DNA of 25,461 nt from Tubiluchus corallicola (Eukaryota > Animalia > Priapulida): assembly GCA_030141605.1 (NCBI GenBank), contig JAQGDQ010000270.1, forward strand, positions 203,020-228,480. The letters are read 5' to 3'. Each line of letters begins with the position of its first letter. Position 1 is the first letter of the stretch. Below are positions 6,733 through 16,776 of this stretch, one piece after another. A model generated the notes under the pieces. It was given only the letters and a program-made list of their open reading frames with translations. It was not told where the DNA came from and did no database searches. Made by a program: the position numbers and the translations under genes.

Positions 6733-7383
6733 TTATATATTTTTTAGTTTCTCTATAGTGTCGGCTGGGTCTTCTTTTTCAAATATGAAGCTTCCTGCTA
6801 CCAGAACATTAGCGCCTGCATCAAAGAGCTTTTTACCTATTTCGTAGTTTATACCACCATCAACTTCAATAAGGGTATCGATACTTTTTTTATCTGCCAT
6901 TTCCCTCAGCTGAGTAACCTTTTTATAGGTGTTTGCGATGAATGATTGCCCTCCAAATCCTGGATTTACAGACATCAGTAGCACCATGTCAAGTTCTGAT
7001 ATTATATCTTCTAGGAGATGCACAGGTGTGTGCGGATTTAGAGATACGCTTGCTTTTATCCCCTCGTTTTTTATTGTGCTGATGGTGCGGTGTAGGTGGC
7101 TACATGCCTCATAATGTACTGTTATTATATCGGCTCCCGCTGCTCCAAATGCTTTAATGTAGTTGTCGGGATTGACTATCATCAGGTGTACATCGAGAGG
7201 TTTTTTTGCTACTTTTTTCACATGCTCAATAACAGGTATGCCAAATGAGATATTTGGGACAAACAGGCCATCCATAACATCGAAATGAATAAAGTCTGCG
7301 GAGCTTGAGTTGAGCATCTCTATGCTATGGCCAAGATTATTGAAATTCGCAGAAAGTATGGATGGAGAGATAAAACGCTTCAT
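6733..7383 (-). CDS. rpe: Ribulose-phosphate 3-epimerase
   Basis: ISPSILSANF, HFDVMDGLFVPN, DVHLM, MSVNPGFGGQ, EVDGG, VAGS motifs. ATG at 7383 preferred over GTG 7389. Confidence 0.97.
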   Translation of the reverse strand: MKRFISPSILSANFNNLGHSIEMLNSSSADFIHFDVMDGLFVPNISFGIPVIEHVKKVAKKPLDVHLMIVNPDNYIKAFGAAGADIITVHYEACSHLHRTISTIKNEGIKASVSLNPHTPVHLLEDIISELDMVLLMSVNPGFGGQSFIANTYKKVTQLREMADKKSIDTLIEVDGGINYEIGKKLFDAGANVLVAGSFIFEKEDPADTIEKLKNI

Positions 7384-7464
7384 TTGCACCTATAGGGAGT
7401 GGTTTTTATAGAATTTTTCCTTAATACGAGTCAAAGCTTTTTGTTTTGCAAAGGTCTCGCCGCT

Positions 7465-7472
7465 CAAATATA
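7465..7472 (-). promoter_or_regulatory. -7 promoter element for rpe
   Basis: TATATTTG on minus strand ~80 bp upstream of start. Confidence 0.55.
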
Positions 7473-7495
7473 AGTGAATTTGGTGTTATGGGCAT

Positions 7496-7522
7496 AAAAA
7501 ACCGGTTATAAAAACCGGTTTT
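7496..7522 (-). terminator. Palindromic hairpin, probable terminator of the sigma-factor transcript
   Basis: Minus strand AAAACCGGTT-TTTAT-AACCGGTTTTTT, lying between the sigma gene and the rpe promoter. Confidence 0.45.
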
Positions 7523-7739
7523 AATGAAATTTTACCATAGGTTGAGAGTTTTGCAAAACTCAATTTTAATTAGTCGTCCCTAAAGAATTAACTTTGTTGA
7601 GATAAAGTTTTACTATTTATATATTTTGATTTGGTATACAATAACCCCCATTTGTATTTAGCAAGCTGCGGTTTATTGTAGATTTTTCCTCAATAAGAGT
7701 CGCCTCCTTTCGCTTTATAAGGCCCCCAAGGTCATGATT

Positions 7740-8591
7740 TTAAAGGATCGTTTTTATATGTTTCTTTAGTTTTTTCATAGCTTTTTCTTTAATCTGCCGT
7801 ACTCTTTCGCGGGTCAGGTTAAGTTTATCGCCAATTTCTTCAAGAGTGTGTGCGCGGTAATCTTTCAATCCAAAGTAGTACCTTATTATTTCAGCTTCCC
7901 TGTCACTAAGAGTAAGTAGAAAACGTTTTATTTCATTTTTCACGGAGTTTCCTAGTAGCTGGTAGTCGGGGCTGAATGATTCTTCAGACAGCATTATATC
8001 CTGCATATTGTTTTTATAATCATCATCTTCGCTCAAGGGGGCATCCATTGAAATAAATTGATTTGAGGCGTTGAGAGACTCTGTAACAACCTGTGGGTGT
8101 AGTTTTAAAACTTTAGCTATCTCTTCTGTAGATGGTTCCCGCTGATACTCTTGTTCAAGTGCTAAGAGTGTCTGGTTAACCTTGTTTATCACTCCAATCT
8201 TATTAAGTGGTAAGCGGACAATCCGGGCGTTTTCTGCAAGAGCTTGTAAGATAGATTGCCGAATCCACCATACGGCGTAGGATATAAACTTAAATCCTCT
8301 TGTTTCGTCAAACTTTTGCGCTGCTTTTATAAGCCCAAGATTACCCTCATTGATCAGGTCGGGGAGGTCCAGTCCCTGGTTTTGATATTGCTTGGATACG
8401 GATACAACAAAGCGCAAGTTTGAGTTAACAAGTTTTTCTAATGCTTTTTCATCTCCTTTTTTTATACGTTTGGCAAGAATAACTTCTTCATCAGATTCTA
8501 GCATCCCCATTTTACCAATTTCGTATAGATATTTATTTAAAGAGAGTGTGTCTCTGTTAGTGGCTTGTTTAATTATTTTTAATTGTCTCAT
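7740..8591 (-). CDS. RNA polymerase sigma-70 factor, Bacteroidota RpoD/SigA-like (no region 1.1)
   Basis: MRQLKI start, NLRFVVSV, DLINEGNLGLIKAA, FISYAVWWIRQSI, TLEEIG...TRERVRQIKEKA. Primary versus paralogous status cannot be settled from this window. Confidence 0.92.
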   Translation of the reverse strand: MRQLKIIKQATNRDTLSLNKYLYEIGKMGMLESDEEVILAKRIKKGDEKALEKLVNSNLRFVVSVSKQYQNQGLDLPDLINEGNLGLIKAAQKFDETRGFKFISYAVWWIRQSILQALAENARIVRLPLNKIGVINKVNQTLLALEQEYQREPSTEEIAKVLKLHPQVVTESLNASNQFISMDAPLSEDDDYKNNMQDIMLSEESFSPDYQLLGNSVKNEIKRFLLTLSDREAEIIRYYFGLKDYRAHTLEEIGDKLNLTRERVRQIKEKAMKKLKKHIKTIL

Positions 8592-8851
8592 CGTTTAGGG
8601 TTTAATAGTTTTCTCCAACTGAGTTTCTCAGGTTTAAAGTTTTATTATAAAAACAAGTATACGACGGAGTACAGTGAAAAAGTGTTTAGTAAGTTAAGTA
8701 GTCCGAAGGAGTAAGGTTTTGGTTTTATTTTTTTAAACAAACTTTTCTTTCTTTTTATATTTTAGAAACATAGTATAGGGCTTTTTTAGTGTGTTTTTTC
8801 ACTTTCTTTATGATTTATTAAAATATTTTTAAGAAAAAAAGCTAATTACTT

Positions 8852-8882
8852 TTTGTAGATTAGTTGTAAATGCGTAATATTG
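8852..8882 (+). promoter_or_regulatory. Putative rho promoter (-33/-7)
   Basis: TTTG (8852-8855), 19-nt spacer, TAATATTG (8875-8882; one mismatch to TAnnTTTG). Confidence 0.5.
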
Positions 8883-9065
8883 CGCTACAATTTTCATTTG
8901 TAAGGTTCTAAACCTAAAGTTATCCAGTTGATAATCCCTATTACACTATTCTTTTTAGATATGTTCGTTCGGTTCTTCAGGCGTGTGGTCTGGAGCTGGG
9001 GGCTCACTCTATAGGTGATTTTAACTGGGCTTGTAATTAATCAGTATAAAATAATTTTAATGATA

Positions 9066-10967
9066 ATGTATGATATTCTTGAACTGAGTAAGAAGTTGGT
9101 TCCTGAGCTGAGGGATATTGCCAAGGGGCTTGATATTAAGCGAGTGGAGTCTTTTAAAAAGCAGGATCTTATTTATAAGATTCTTGATGCGCAGGCTGTT
9201 ATTGCTTCAGGGGAAGCGAAGTCTGAGAAAAGGAGGGGGGAGCCTGCAGGTTCTTCAAAGTTTCAGAGGAGAAGTTCTTCCAATACGGAGGGGAGTGGAG
9301 TTGCTGATGCAGCTGGTGACAGACAATCCGGTTCATCCAAAGCTGGTCGGAATGCTGATAAATCAAGAGATTCCAGGCAATTTGAAGCAACAAAGGGGCC
9401 GCGTCGTGCCAGAACGAAAAAAGATATTGCATTGAAGGAAGAGGGTGCTCAGGATAAAGAGCATGGAAGGCAGGAGCAGGAGGAACTACCCAGCACGGAT
9501 AAGGGTAGTGGTAAACGTCCTCACCAGAGACAGCAACAGGGGCAAAGCCCACAGCAGAAGCAGCAGCATGGGCAGAGTCCACAGCAGAAGCAGCAGCATG
9601 GGCAGAGTCCACAGCAGAAGCAGCAGCATGGGCAGAGTCCACAGCAGAAGCAGCAGCATGGGCAGAGTCCACAGCAGAAGCAGCAGCATGGGCAGAGTCC
9701 ACAGCAGAAGCAGCAGCATGGGCAGAGTCCGCAGCAGAAGCAACAGCATGGGCAGAGTCCGCAGCAGAAGCAACAGCATGGACAGAATCCACAGCAGAAA
9801 CATTCTCAGCAGCCTCCTAAAAAGGAGCAGGAGAAGATATTTGAGTTTGATGGTATTATTGAGGCGTCGGGTTCTCTTGAGATAATGCATGATGGGTACG
9901 GATTTTTGCGTTCATCGGATTATAACTATCTTAATTCCCCTGATGATGTTTACGTGTCACAGTCACAGATTAAGCTTTTTGGGCTGAAAACGGGCGATAC
10001 GGTTAATGGTACCATTAGGCCTCCCAAGGAGGGTGAGAAGTATTTCCCATTGATTAAAGTGTTGAGGATAAACGGGCGTAGTCCTGAATTTATTCGGGAC
10101 AGAATTCCTTTTGATCATCTTACCCCGCTTTTCCCGGACGATAAGTTTATTATTACAGGGAAGGGGCATGGTTCAATATCCCCAAGAATTGTTGATCTGT
10201 TTGCACCTATTGGGAAGGGGCAGAGGGGGCTTATTGTAGCTCAGCCCAAAACCGGTAAGACTGTTTTATTGAAAGATATAGCAAATGCGATTGCATCTAA
10301 TCATCCGGAGGTGTATATGATTGTTTTGCTTGTTGATGAGCGCCCGGAGGAGGTAACTGATATGGCAAGGAATGTTGATGCCGAGGTTATTTCATCAACT
10401 TTTGATGAGCCTGCTGAGCGACATGTCAAGGTGGCCAATATGGTGCTTGAGAAGGCGAAGAGGATGGTGGAATGTGGGCACGATGTTGTTATTCTTCTGG
10501 ACTCGATTACACGTCTGGCTCGTGCTTACAACACGGTAGCCCCAGCATCTGGGAAGGTGCTATCTGGTGGTGTTGATGCTAATGCACTTCATAAGCCAAA
10601 ACGCTTTTTTGGTGCTGCACGTAATATTGAGGAGGGCGGTTCGCTCACTATACTGGCAACTGCTCTTATTGAAACAGGTTCAAAGATGGATGAGGTTATT
10701 TTTGAAGAGTTTAAAGGAACGGGTAATATGGAGTTGCAGCTTGACAGAAAGTTGTCGAACAGACGTATTTACCCATCTGTGGATATTACTGCATCGAGTA
10801 CTCGCAGGGAAGATCTGCTTCTTGATAAGAATATCTTGAATAAGATATGGATTTTGCGAAATTACCTGACCGATATGAACTCTGTTGAGGCAATGGAGTT
10901 TATGAGGGATAGAATTTCCAAAACATCGTCCAATGAGGAGTTTCTTATTTCGATGAATGATGAGTAA
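9066..10967 (+). CDS. rho: Transcription termination factor Rho with long N-terminal disordered insertion
   Basis: [62 protein letters not shown]. Start at ATG 9066 ([10 protein letters not shown]). Confidence 0.98.
   Translation: MYDILELSKKLVPELRDIAKGLDIKRVESFKKQDLIYKILDAQAVIASGEAKSEKRRGEPAGSSKFQRRSSSNTEGSGVADAAGDRQSGSSKAGRNADKSRDSRQFEATKGPRRARTKKDIALKEEGAQDKEHGRQEQEELPSTDKGSGKRPHQRQQQGQSPQQKQQHGQSPQQKQQHGQSPQQKQQHGQSPQQKQQHGQSPQQKQQHGQSPQQKQQHGQSPQQKQQHGQSPQQKQQHGQNPQQKHSQQPPKKEQEKIFEFDGIIEASGSLEIMHDGYGFLRSSDYNYLNSPDDVYVSQSQIKLFGLKTGDTVNGTIRPPKEGEKYFPLIKVLRINGRSPEFIRDRIPFDHLTPLFPDDKFIITGKGHGSISPRIVDLFAPIGKGQRGLIVAQPKTGKTVLLKDIANAIASNHPEVYMIVLLVDERPEEVTDMARNVDAEVISSTFDEPAERHVKVANMVLEKAKRMVECGHDVVILLDSITRLARAYNTVAPASGKVLSGGVDANALHKPKRFFGAARNIEEGGSLTILATALIETGSKMDEVIFEEFKGTGNMELQLDRKLSNRRIYPSVDITASSTRREDLLLDKNILNKIWILRNYLTDMNSVEAMEFMRDRISKTSSNEEFLISMNDE
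9531..9800 (+). repeat. In-frame tandem repeat, 9 x 30 bp ([10 protein letters not shown])
   Basis: Unit CAGCAGCATGGGCAGAGTCCACAGCAGAAG. Five identical copies at 9561-9710, with slightly diverged copies on both flanks. Confidence 0.97.
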
Positions 10968-11010
10968 TGAAAAGATAAAAATGGAGTAGCGCTTTTATCA
11001 AAGCTTATAG

Positions 11011-11042
11011 AGTTGGCCGGAGTTTTTCGGTCAACTTTTTTT
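11011..11042 (+). terminator. Intrinsic terminator after rho
   Basis: AGTTGGCCGGA-GTTT-TTCGGTCAACT stem (with G:U pairs) followed by a T-run. Confidence 0.75.
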
Positions 11043-11214
11043 GTGCTAAATAGTTGCTTTTTAAGAATTATTTTTTGTTGAGGTAAAAACTTTATCTGTA
11101 TATTTTGATCCGGCATACAATAAATCCCTCCGGAGGTTTAAAGCAAAGTGTACAGTTCGTATTGACGGTTATGCAGTTGTTTTTGAAGTAGTGGTGTTAA
11201 GGGTTTTCTTTACG

Positions 11215-11312
11215 TTCTTTTGCTTTGGCGCAAAAGAGGCGAAAGGTCAAGCTTATAAGTGTTTTTTCATTCTTTCGCCTTGATATAAAGAGGCAAAGAT
11301 TAAGCTTTTAAG
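11215..11312. repeat. Two degenerate ~44-bp direct repeats with internal palindrome (REP-like)
   Basis: TTCTTTTGCTTTGGCGCAAAAGAGGCGAAAGGTCAAGCTTATAAG (11215-11259) vs TTCTTTCGCCTTGATATAAAGAGGCAAAGATTAAGCTTTTAAG (11270-11312), between convergent genes. Confidence 0.55.
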
Positions 11313-11369
11313 GGCAGTTTTTCTGAACCAAGCTCCCTTCTTCTTTGCAAAAAAGATTTTATGTTGATT

Positions 11370-12194
11370 TTACTTTGTTGCTTCTTTGTAATATCCCATA
11401 GCTTCCTGCATGTGTTTTTTTAGGTTTTCAATGCGTTTTGTATCCACAGGGTGTGTACTCAGGAATTCGGGAGGTTTTTCTCCTCCCATTTCAGACATTC
11501 GTTGCCAGAATTTTACTGCTTCGTCCGGGTTATATCCCGCCATTGCCATAAACATCAGCCCTATTTTATCTGCTTCGTATTCATGTTTTCTTGAGTATGG
11601 AAGCATAACACCCATTTGTGCGCCTAGTCCATAGGCAGACATGAATATTGCTTGTGTTTCTGCCGATTTGCTTTCTATCGCTTCCGACAGCGCTATTCCG
11701 CCAAGTTGTGCAAGCATTTGATGGCTCATGCGCTCATTGCCATGCCTAGCAACAGCATGTGCTATTTCATGCCCCATTACTACTGCTACTCCAGCTTCGT
11801 TCCTAGTAAGGGGAAGTATTCCTGTATAAAATACAACCTTGCCACCTGGCATACACCACGCGTTTACATTATCGTCCTCAACAAGGTTAAATTCCCACTG
11901 AAAGTTTTCTAATTGTTTGGAGAGCCCATGTTTTCCCATATACTCTTCTACAGCTTTGACTATTTTGTTACCACATCTTTTTATCATCTCCACATCTTCT
12001 TTTTTCTCAGATGTTTTGCTTTGTTCCATAAACTGGCCATACTGCGTTATACTCATTCCTATCATGTCAGATTCTGAGTACAGGTGAAATTGTTTGCGCC
12101 CTGTAAGGGGGACGGTTGCACAACTGCTAATAATTAACAGTAAGAGGGAGGTGTATGCTATTGTTAGTTTTTTGGACAGTTTTAATGTTGTCAT
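11370..12194 (-). CDS. M48 family zinc metallopeptidase, probable lipoprotein
   Basis: Lipobox ISSC, VNAWCMPGGK, HEIAH, YSRKHEYEAD, LSTHP. Confidence 0.93.
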   Translation of the reverse strand: MTTLKLSKKLTIAYTSLLLLIISSCATVPLTGRKQFHLYSESDMIGMSITQYGQFMEQSKTSEKKEDVEMIKRCGNKIVKAVEEYMGKHGLSKQLENFQWEFNLVEDDNVNAWCMPGGKVVFYTGILPLTRNEAGVAVVMGHEIAHAVARHGNERMSHQMLAQLGGIALSEAIESKSAETQAIFMSAYGLGAQMGVMLPYSRKHEYEADKIGLMFMAMAGYNPDEAVKFWQRMSEMGGEKPPEFLSTHPVDTKRIENLKKHMQEAMGYYKEATK

Positions 12195-12255
12195 AGCGTT
12201 TGCAGGTTTTTTTAGTAGTAGTGAAATATCAAAGTAGGGTGTGGGAGTAGCTAGC

Positions 12256-13155
12256 TTACTCCACTGCTTTATGTTTTTTTACTGGATAAATCTCTTTTTT
12301 TGCTGCCAGCAAGGTATTTATTAGAAGGGATGTTCTTGTCATTGGCCCTACACCTCCGGGAACGGGTGTGATATAGCTGCACTTGGGTGCTACTTCATCG
12401 AATTTGACATCCCCTTTCAGCTTCCATCCCGACTTTTTTTCCGGAGCTTCCACTCGTGTGGTGCCAACATCAATTACTACAGCATCTTTTTTTACCATGT
12501 CTGCTGTTATAAACTCGGGCATTCCAAGTGCTGCTATTAGTATGTCTGCACTGAGACATAGCTCTTTCAGGTTTTTTGTGCGGCTGTGTGCAACCGTTAC
12601 GGTGGCATTTACCGCTTTTTGAGAGAGTAGTATACTCAATGGCCGTCCAACTATATTACTACGTCCTACTATTACACAGCTTTTCCCATTTGTTTCGATG
12701 TTGTACTTTTTAAGTAACTCCAATATTCCCATTGGAGTTGCAGAGATGAAAGAGGGTAGGCCTATTACCATTTTTCCTACGTTGGTGGGATGGAATCCGT
12801 CAACATCTTTTCGCGGGTCTATTGCTTCTATAATTTTCTGTTCTGAAATATGTTTAGGTAGGGGTAGTTGTATGATAAACCCATCTACATCACCATCATT
12901 GTTCAGTTCGGTAATTTTTTTTAACAGTACCTCTTCTGTGATGTCTTCTTCAAATCTTATGAGGGATGATTTGTACCCAACTTCTTCGCAGTCTTTTATT
13001 TTATAGGCGATGTAGGTTTCACTTCCACCGTCATGTCCTACCAGTATTGCTGCAAGGTGTGGAGTTTTTCCGCCTTCTGCTTTTAGCTTTTTTACTTTTT
13101 TTGCGATCTCCGCTTTTATGTCGGCAGATGTTTTTTTACCATCTATCAGGTTCAT
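12256..13155 (-). CDS. folD: Bifunctional methylenetetrahydrofolate dehydrogenase/cyclohydrolase
   Basis: [36 protein letters not shown]. Confidence 0.97.
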   Translation of the reverse strand: MNLIDGKKTSADIKAEIAKKVKKLKAEGGKTPHLAAILVGHDGGSETYIAYKIKDCEEVGYKSSLIRFEEDITEEVLLKKITELNNDGDVDGFIIQLPLPKHISEQKIIEAIDPRKDVDGFHPTNVGKMVIGLPSFISATPMGILELLKKYNIETNGKSCVIVGRSNIVGRPLSILLSQKAVNATVTVAHSRTKNLKELCLSADILIAALGMPEFITADMVKKDAVVIDVGTTRVEAPEKKSGWKLKGDVKFDEVAPKCSYITPVPGGVGPMTRTSLLINTLLAAKKEIYPVKKHKAVE

Positions 13156-13159
13156 ATTT

Positions 13160-14494
13160 TTATTTTCTGCTTGTTTTGATTCGCTCTGTCAGGTGGCGCA
13201 TGTCTCCACCTCGGGACACCATTTTCATCATTTTTCGTGTTTCGACGAACTGTTTCATCAGTTTGTTTACTTCCTGGATGGAGGTGCCTGATCCGCGGGA
13301 TATTCTTTTTCTTCGCGAACCATTAATAATATCGGGATTTTCACGCTCTGCGTGTGTCATTGAGTGTATGATCGCTTCAATACCTTTAAATGCGTCATCA
13401 TCAATATCCATATTTTTTATTGACTTCCCCATCCCCGGGATCATGCCTGCCAGGTCTTTAAGGTTTCCCATCTTTTTGACCTGTCCTATTTGTTTTAGAA
13501 AGTCGTTGAAGTTAAACCTGCCTTTCGACAGTTTTTTTCTTAGTTTTCTTGATTCCTCTTCTTCAAATTGTTCCTGTGCTTTTTCCACAAAAGAGACGAT
13601 GTCTCCCATGCCAAGTATGCGGTCTGCCATACGGGATGGATGGAATGCATCTATGGCTTCCATTTTTTCGCCTGTCCCTACAAATTTGATTGGTTTTTTT
13701 ACAACGGAGCGTACAGAGAGAGCTGCACCACCCCTGGTGTCTCCATCCAGTTTGGTCAGCACCACTCCATCAAAGTTGAGGCGTTCGTTAAACTCTTTGG
13801 CGGTGTTTACTGCGTCTTGTCCTGTCATTGCGTCAATGACAAATAGTGTTTCATCCGGATTGGCTGCTTTTTTGATGGCTTCAATTTCATTCATCATCTG
13901 CTCATCTATTGCCAGCCGTCCTGCTGTGTCAATAATTACGACATCGTTGCCTTTTTGTTTTGCGCTTTTTATCGCATTCTTAGCGATTTTAACAGGATCT
14001 TTACTTTCTGGCTCTGTGTAGACGTCAACGTTTATTGATTCGCCCACAATTTTGAGTTGTTCTATTGCTGCCGGACGATATATATCGCATGCTACCAAAA
14101 GGGGGTTTTTCCCCTTTTTAGTTTTAAGTCTGTTTGCCAGTTTTCCTGAGAATGTGGTTTTACCGGAGCCTTGTAAGCCGGCCATAAGTACTATAGAGAG
14201 GCCTCCCTTTATGTTAATTTCTGCCAGTTCGCCTCCCATAAGTTTTGCCAGTTCGTCATGTACTATTTTGACTATTACTTGTCCTGGCCTTAGTGCTTTT
14301 AGCACGTTTTCCCCTATTGCCTTTTTTTTAACTGTTGTAGTGAAGTCTCTGGCTATTCTGTAGTTCACATCGGCATCCAGCAGAGCCCGGCGTACATCTT
14401 TTAATGTCTCCGCTATATTTATTTCAGTTATTCTTCCCTGCCCTTTTAGCAGTTTAAAGGATCTTTCTAATTTATCTGTTAGATTATCAAACAT
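13160..14494 (-). CDS. ffh: Signal recognition particle protein
   Basis: [28 protein letters not shown], Met-rich M domain with [11 protein letters not shown]. Confidence 0.98.
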   Translation of the reverse strand: MFDNLTDKLERSFKLLKGQGRITEINIAETLKDVRRALLDADVNYRIARDFTTTVKKKAIGENVLKALRPGQVIVKIVHDELAKLMGGELAEINIKGGLSIVLMAGLQGSGKTTFSGKLANRLKTKKGKNPLLVACDIYRPAAIEQLKIVGESINVDVYTEPESKDPVKIAKNAIKSAKQKGNDVVIIDTAGRLAIDEQMMNEIEAIKKAANPDETLFVIDAMTGQDAVNTAKEFNERLNFDGVVLTKLDGDTRGGAALSVRSVVKKPIKFVGTGEKMEAIDAFHPSRMADRILGMGDIVSFVEKAQEQFEEEESRKLRKKLSKGRFNFNDFLKQIGQVKKMGNLKDLAGMIPGMGKSIKNMDIDDDAFKGIEAIIHSMTHAERENPDIINGSRRKRISRGSGTSIQEVNKLMKQFVETRKMMKMVSRGGDMRHLTERIKTSRK

Positions 14495-14522
14495 TTATTT
14501 ACGGGTGTTTAAGTAGAGTGTA

Positions 14523-14530
14523 CAAAGATA
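14523..14530 (-). promoter_or_regulatory. -7 promoter element for ffh-folD
   Basis: TATCTTTG 28 bp upstream of the ffh start. Confidence 0.65.
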
Positions 14531-14566
14531 ATAAAATGAGGTAAGAGTAAAAGAGTGGCGTTGCAG

Positions 14567-16357
14567 CTACATTCTTTCGGGTACTTTGATTCCTAACAGG
14601 GAGAAGCCACTTTTGATGGTTTTCCCAACTGAAGTTGTCAATACCAGTCTAAGCTCTCTTTTTAGTTTATCAGGTTCGCTTGCGATACTGTGATCGTGAT
14701 AGAACTGGTTAAACTCTTTAACCAGCTCATAAATGTAGTTTGCTACCAGTGCAGGGCTATGGCTGCTTCCTGCTTCTTTTACAACAGCAGGGAAGCGCTC
14801 CAGCTGTTTTATCAGCTCTGTCTCTTTTTTGCCGGTTTCTATTACCGGGGCAGCTTGGGGTATAGTTATGTTTTTTTCAATTGCTTTTCGCAGTACACTT
14901 TGTATGCGTGCATATGTGTATTGAATAAAGGGGCCGGTGTTTCCGTTAAAGTCAATGGATTCTTCAGGATTGAACAGCATGTTTTTTTTGGGGTCAACTT
15001 TTAGTATGAAGTACTTTAGTGCTCCCATAGCCACAACTTTGTGAGTGTTTTCTTTTTCTTCTTTTTTATATCCATCAAGTTTTCCCAGCTTCTCTGATAT
15101 TTTGCGTGCTATTGTGTACATCTCCTCTATAAGGTCGTCGGCATCCACTGTTGTTCCTTCACGTGATTTCATTTTGCCGTGAGGCAACTCTACCATTCCA
15201 TAAGAGAAGTGATACAGGTCGCGCGCCCATTTATAGCCCAGTTTATCAAGAATGACAGAGAGTGCCTGAAAGTGGTAGTTTTGTTCATTTCCTACTACAT
15301 ATATCATGTGGTCTATGGGGTAATCTTCAAATCTCATGCGGGCTGTACCTATGTCCTGGGTTATGTATACAGAGGTGCCGTTTGAGCGTAGTAATATTTT
15401 TTCATCAAGTTTTTCTTTTTTGAGGTTAGCCCATACAGAGCCGTCGTTATGCTGGTAAAATATACCTTTATCCACTCCTTTTAGCACTTCGCTTTTTCCT
15501 GCCAGATAGGTGTCGGATTCATAATATATTTTGTCAAAGCTGACTCCCAGTTTTTTATAGGTTTTGTCGAACCCGGCATACACCCAATTATTCATTGTTT
15601 TCCACAGTTTTTTTGTGTCGGGATCGCCTGCTTCCCATTTTAAAAGCATTTCGCGCACGGCTTTCATGGATGGGGTATTTTCCACGGCTTTCTCTTTTTC
15701 TGTTTCATTCTCCACCAGGTTATTGATTTCATTTTTAAGTATCTGGTCGAATTTAACATAATATTTCCCTACCAGGTGGTCACCTTTTATACCGGAGGAT
15801 TCAGGTGTTTCACCATTTCCCTCTTTTTGCCAGGCATACATAGATTTGCAAATATGGATTCCACGGTCATTAACAATGTTTGTTTTTACAACTTTATAAC
15901 CATTTGCTTTCATTATTTCACTTATGGAATGGCCGAGGAGGTTGTTGCGGATATGCCCCAAGTGGAGTGGTTTATTGGTGTTTGGTGATGAGTATTCAAC
16001 CATTACCACTTCAGATTTATCAGTGACTGGTGTAAACCCGTAAGAGTTGTCTATAGCGATACTGTTTAGCTTCTTTATCCAGTACTCTCTATCTATAGTG
16101 AGGTTGAGAAACCCCTGTATGACATTGAATCCTGTTATTATGTCTATATTACTAGTGAGGTAGTTACCTATTTCTTCGGCTGTTGCTTCAGGTTTTTTTT
16201 TTGAGAGTTTAAGGAGAGGAAATACTACCACAGTTTTGTCCCCTTCAAACTCTTTTTTTGTTTGCTGAATTTGTATGTTTTCGCTTTTGACATCTCCCCC
16301 GTAAAGGGTTTTTGTTGCTTCTGCGACTTTGTCTTGTATAAGAGCTTCGATATCCAT
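14567..16357 (-). CDS. argS: Arginine--tRNA ligase
   Basis: VEYSSPNTNKPLHLGH (HIGH-like), KMKSREG, GNTGPFIQYTYAR, C-terminal PERM. ATG at 16357 preferred. Confidence 0.97.
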   Translation of the reverse strand: MDIEALIQDKVAEATKTLYGGDVKSENIQIQQTKKEFEGDKTVVVFPLLKLSKKKPEATAEEIGNYLTSNIDIITGFNVIQGFLNLTIDREYWIKKLNSIAIDNSYGFTPVTDKSEVVMVEYSSPNTNKPLHLGHIRNNLLGHSISEIMKANGYKVVKTNIVNDRGIHICKSMYAWQKEGNGETPESSGIKGDHLVGKYYVKFDQILKNEINNLVENETEKEKAVENTPSMKAVREMLLKWEAGDPDTKKLWKTMNNWVYAGFDKTYKKLGVSFDKIYYESDTYLAGKSEVLKGVDKGIFYQHNDGSVWANLKKEKLDEKILLRSNGTSVYITQDIGTARMRFEDYPIDHMIYVVGNEQNYHFQALSVILDKLGYKWARDLYHFSYGMVELPHGKMKSREGTTVDADDLIEEMYTIARKISEKLGKLDGYKKEEKENTHKVVAMGALKYFILKVDPKKNMLFNPEESIDFNGNTGPFIQYTYARIQSVLRKAIEKNITIPQAAPVIETGKKETELIKQLERFPAVVKEAGSSHSPALVANYIYELVKEFNQFYHDHSIASEPDKLKRELRLVLTTSVGKTIKSGFSLLGIKVPERM

Positions 16358-16395
16358 CAGGTAAAATTTTTCTATCACATGTTTTAAAGAGGCTG

Positions 16396-16403
16396 CAAAG
16401 ATA
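16396..16403 (-). promoter_or_regulatory. -7 promoter element for argS
   Basis: TATCTTTG(CAG) upstream of argS. Confidence 0.7.
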
Positions 16404-16562
16404 AGGAATTGGTAAGGAGCTACATTGAAATATATAGAAAAAATGAGGATGAGTTTTGAACAGGGGGTGTGTTCTTTCTTTTGTGGTTTCGATAGAGGAT
16501 AGGGTGTTGTTCCCGATTTTTTGTTATGTCTGGTATGCTTTGCTATGGGTTGAATGAAGAGT

Positions 16563-16595
16563 GGTGAAGTTTTGGTGAAGTTTTGGTGAGGTTTT
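16563..16595. repeat. 3 x 11-bp tandem repeat GGTGAAGTTTT
   Basis: GGTGAAGTTTT GGTGAAGTTTT GGTGAGGTTTT in the divergent intergenic region. Confidence 0.8.
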
Positions 16596-16721
16596 TAACT
16601 GTTTTATTGATCTTTTCATCATTTTTTTAGTGTATAAGTGAGTCAAAAAATCTACTTGGGTTTTTAGTTTTAGGCTGTAGCAGTTTTCGGGTGAGAGGTC
16701 ATTTTTGTATGTTTTTGGCTG

Positions 16722-16752
16722 TTTGAATAGTGAGGTAAATGAGCTATATTTG
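16722..16752 (+). promoter_or_regulatory. Promoter (-33/-7) for transglycosylase-uvrA operon
   Basis: TTTG (16722-16725), 19 nt, TATATTTG (16745-16752). Confidence 0.7.
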
Positions 16753-16776
16753 GGAGCTAATTAATTTTGTTGTAAG

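Noticed and set aside
9531-9800. 30-bp repeats as a CRISPR array
   Set aside because: Units are head-to-tail with no spacers, lie in frame within rho, and no cas genes are present.
9118-9890. Alternative-frame ORFs over the Rho repeat (9118..9435, 9199..9792, 9445..9885, 9486..9890)
   Set aside because: By-products of a stop-free repeat; the translations are low-complexity shadows of the Rho frame.
12966-14021. 351-aa + strand ORF
   Set aside because: Antisense shadow of ffh/folD, with no recognisable motifs.
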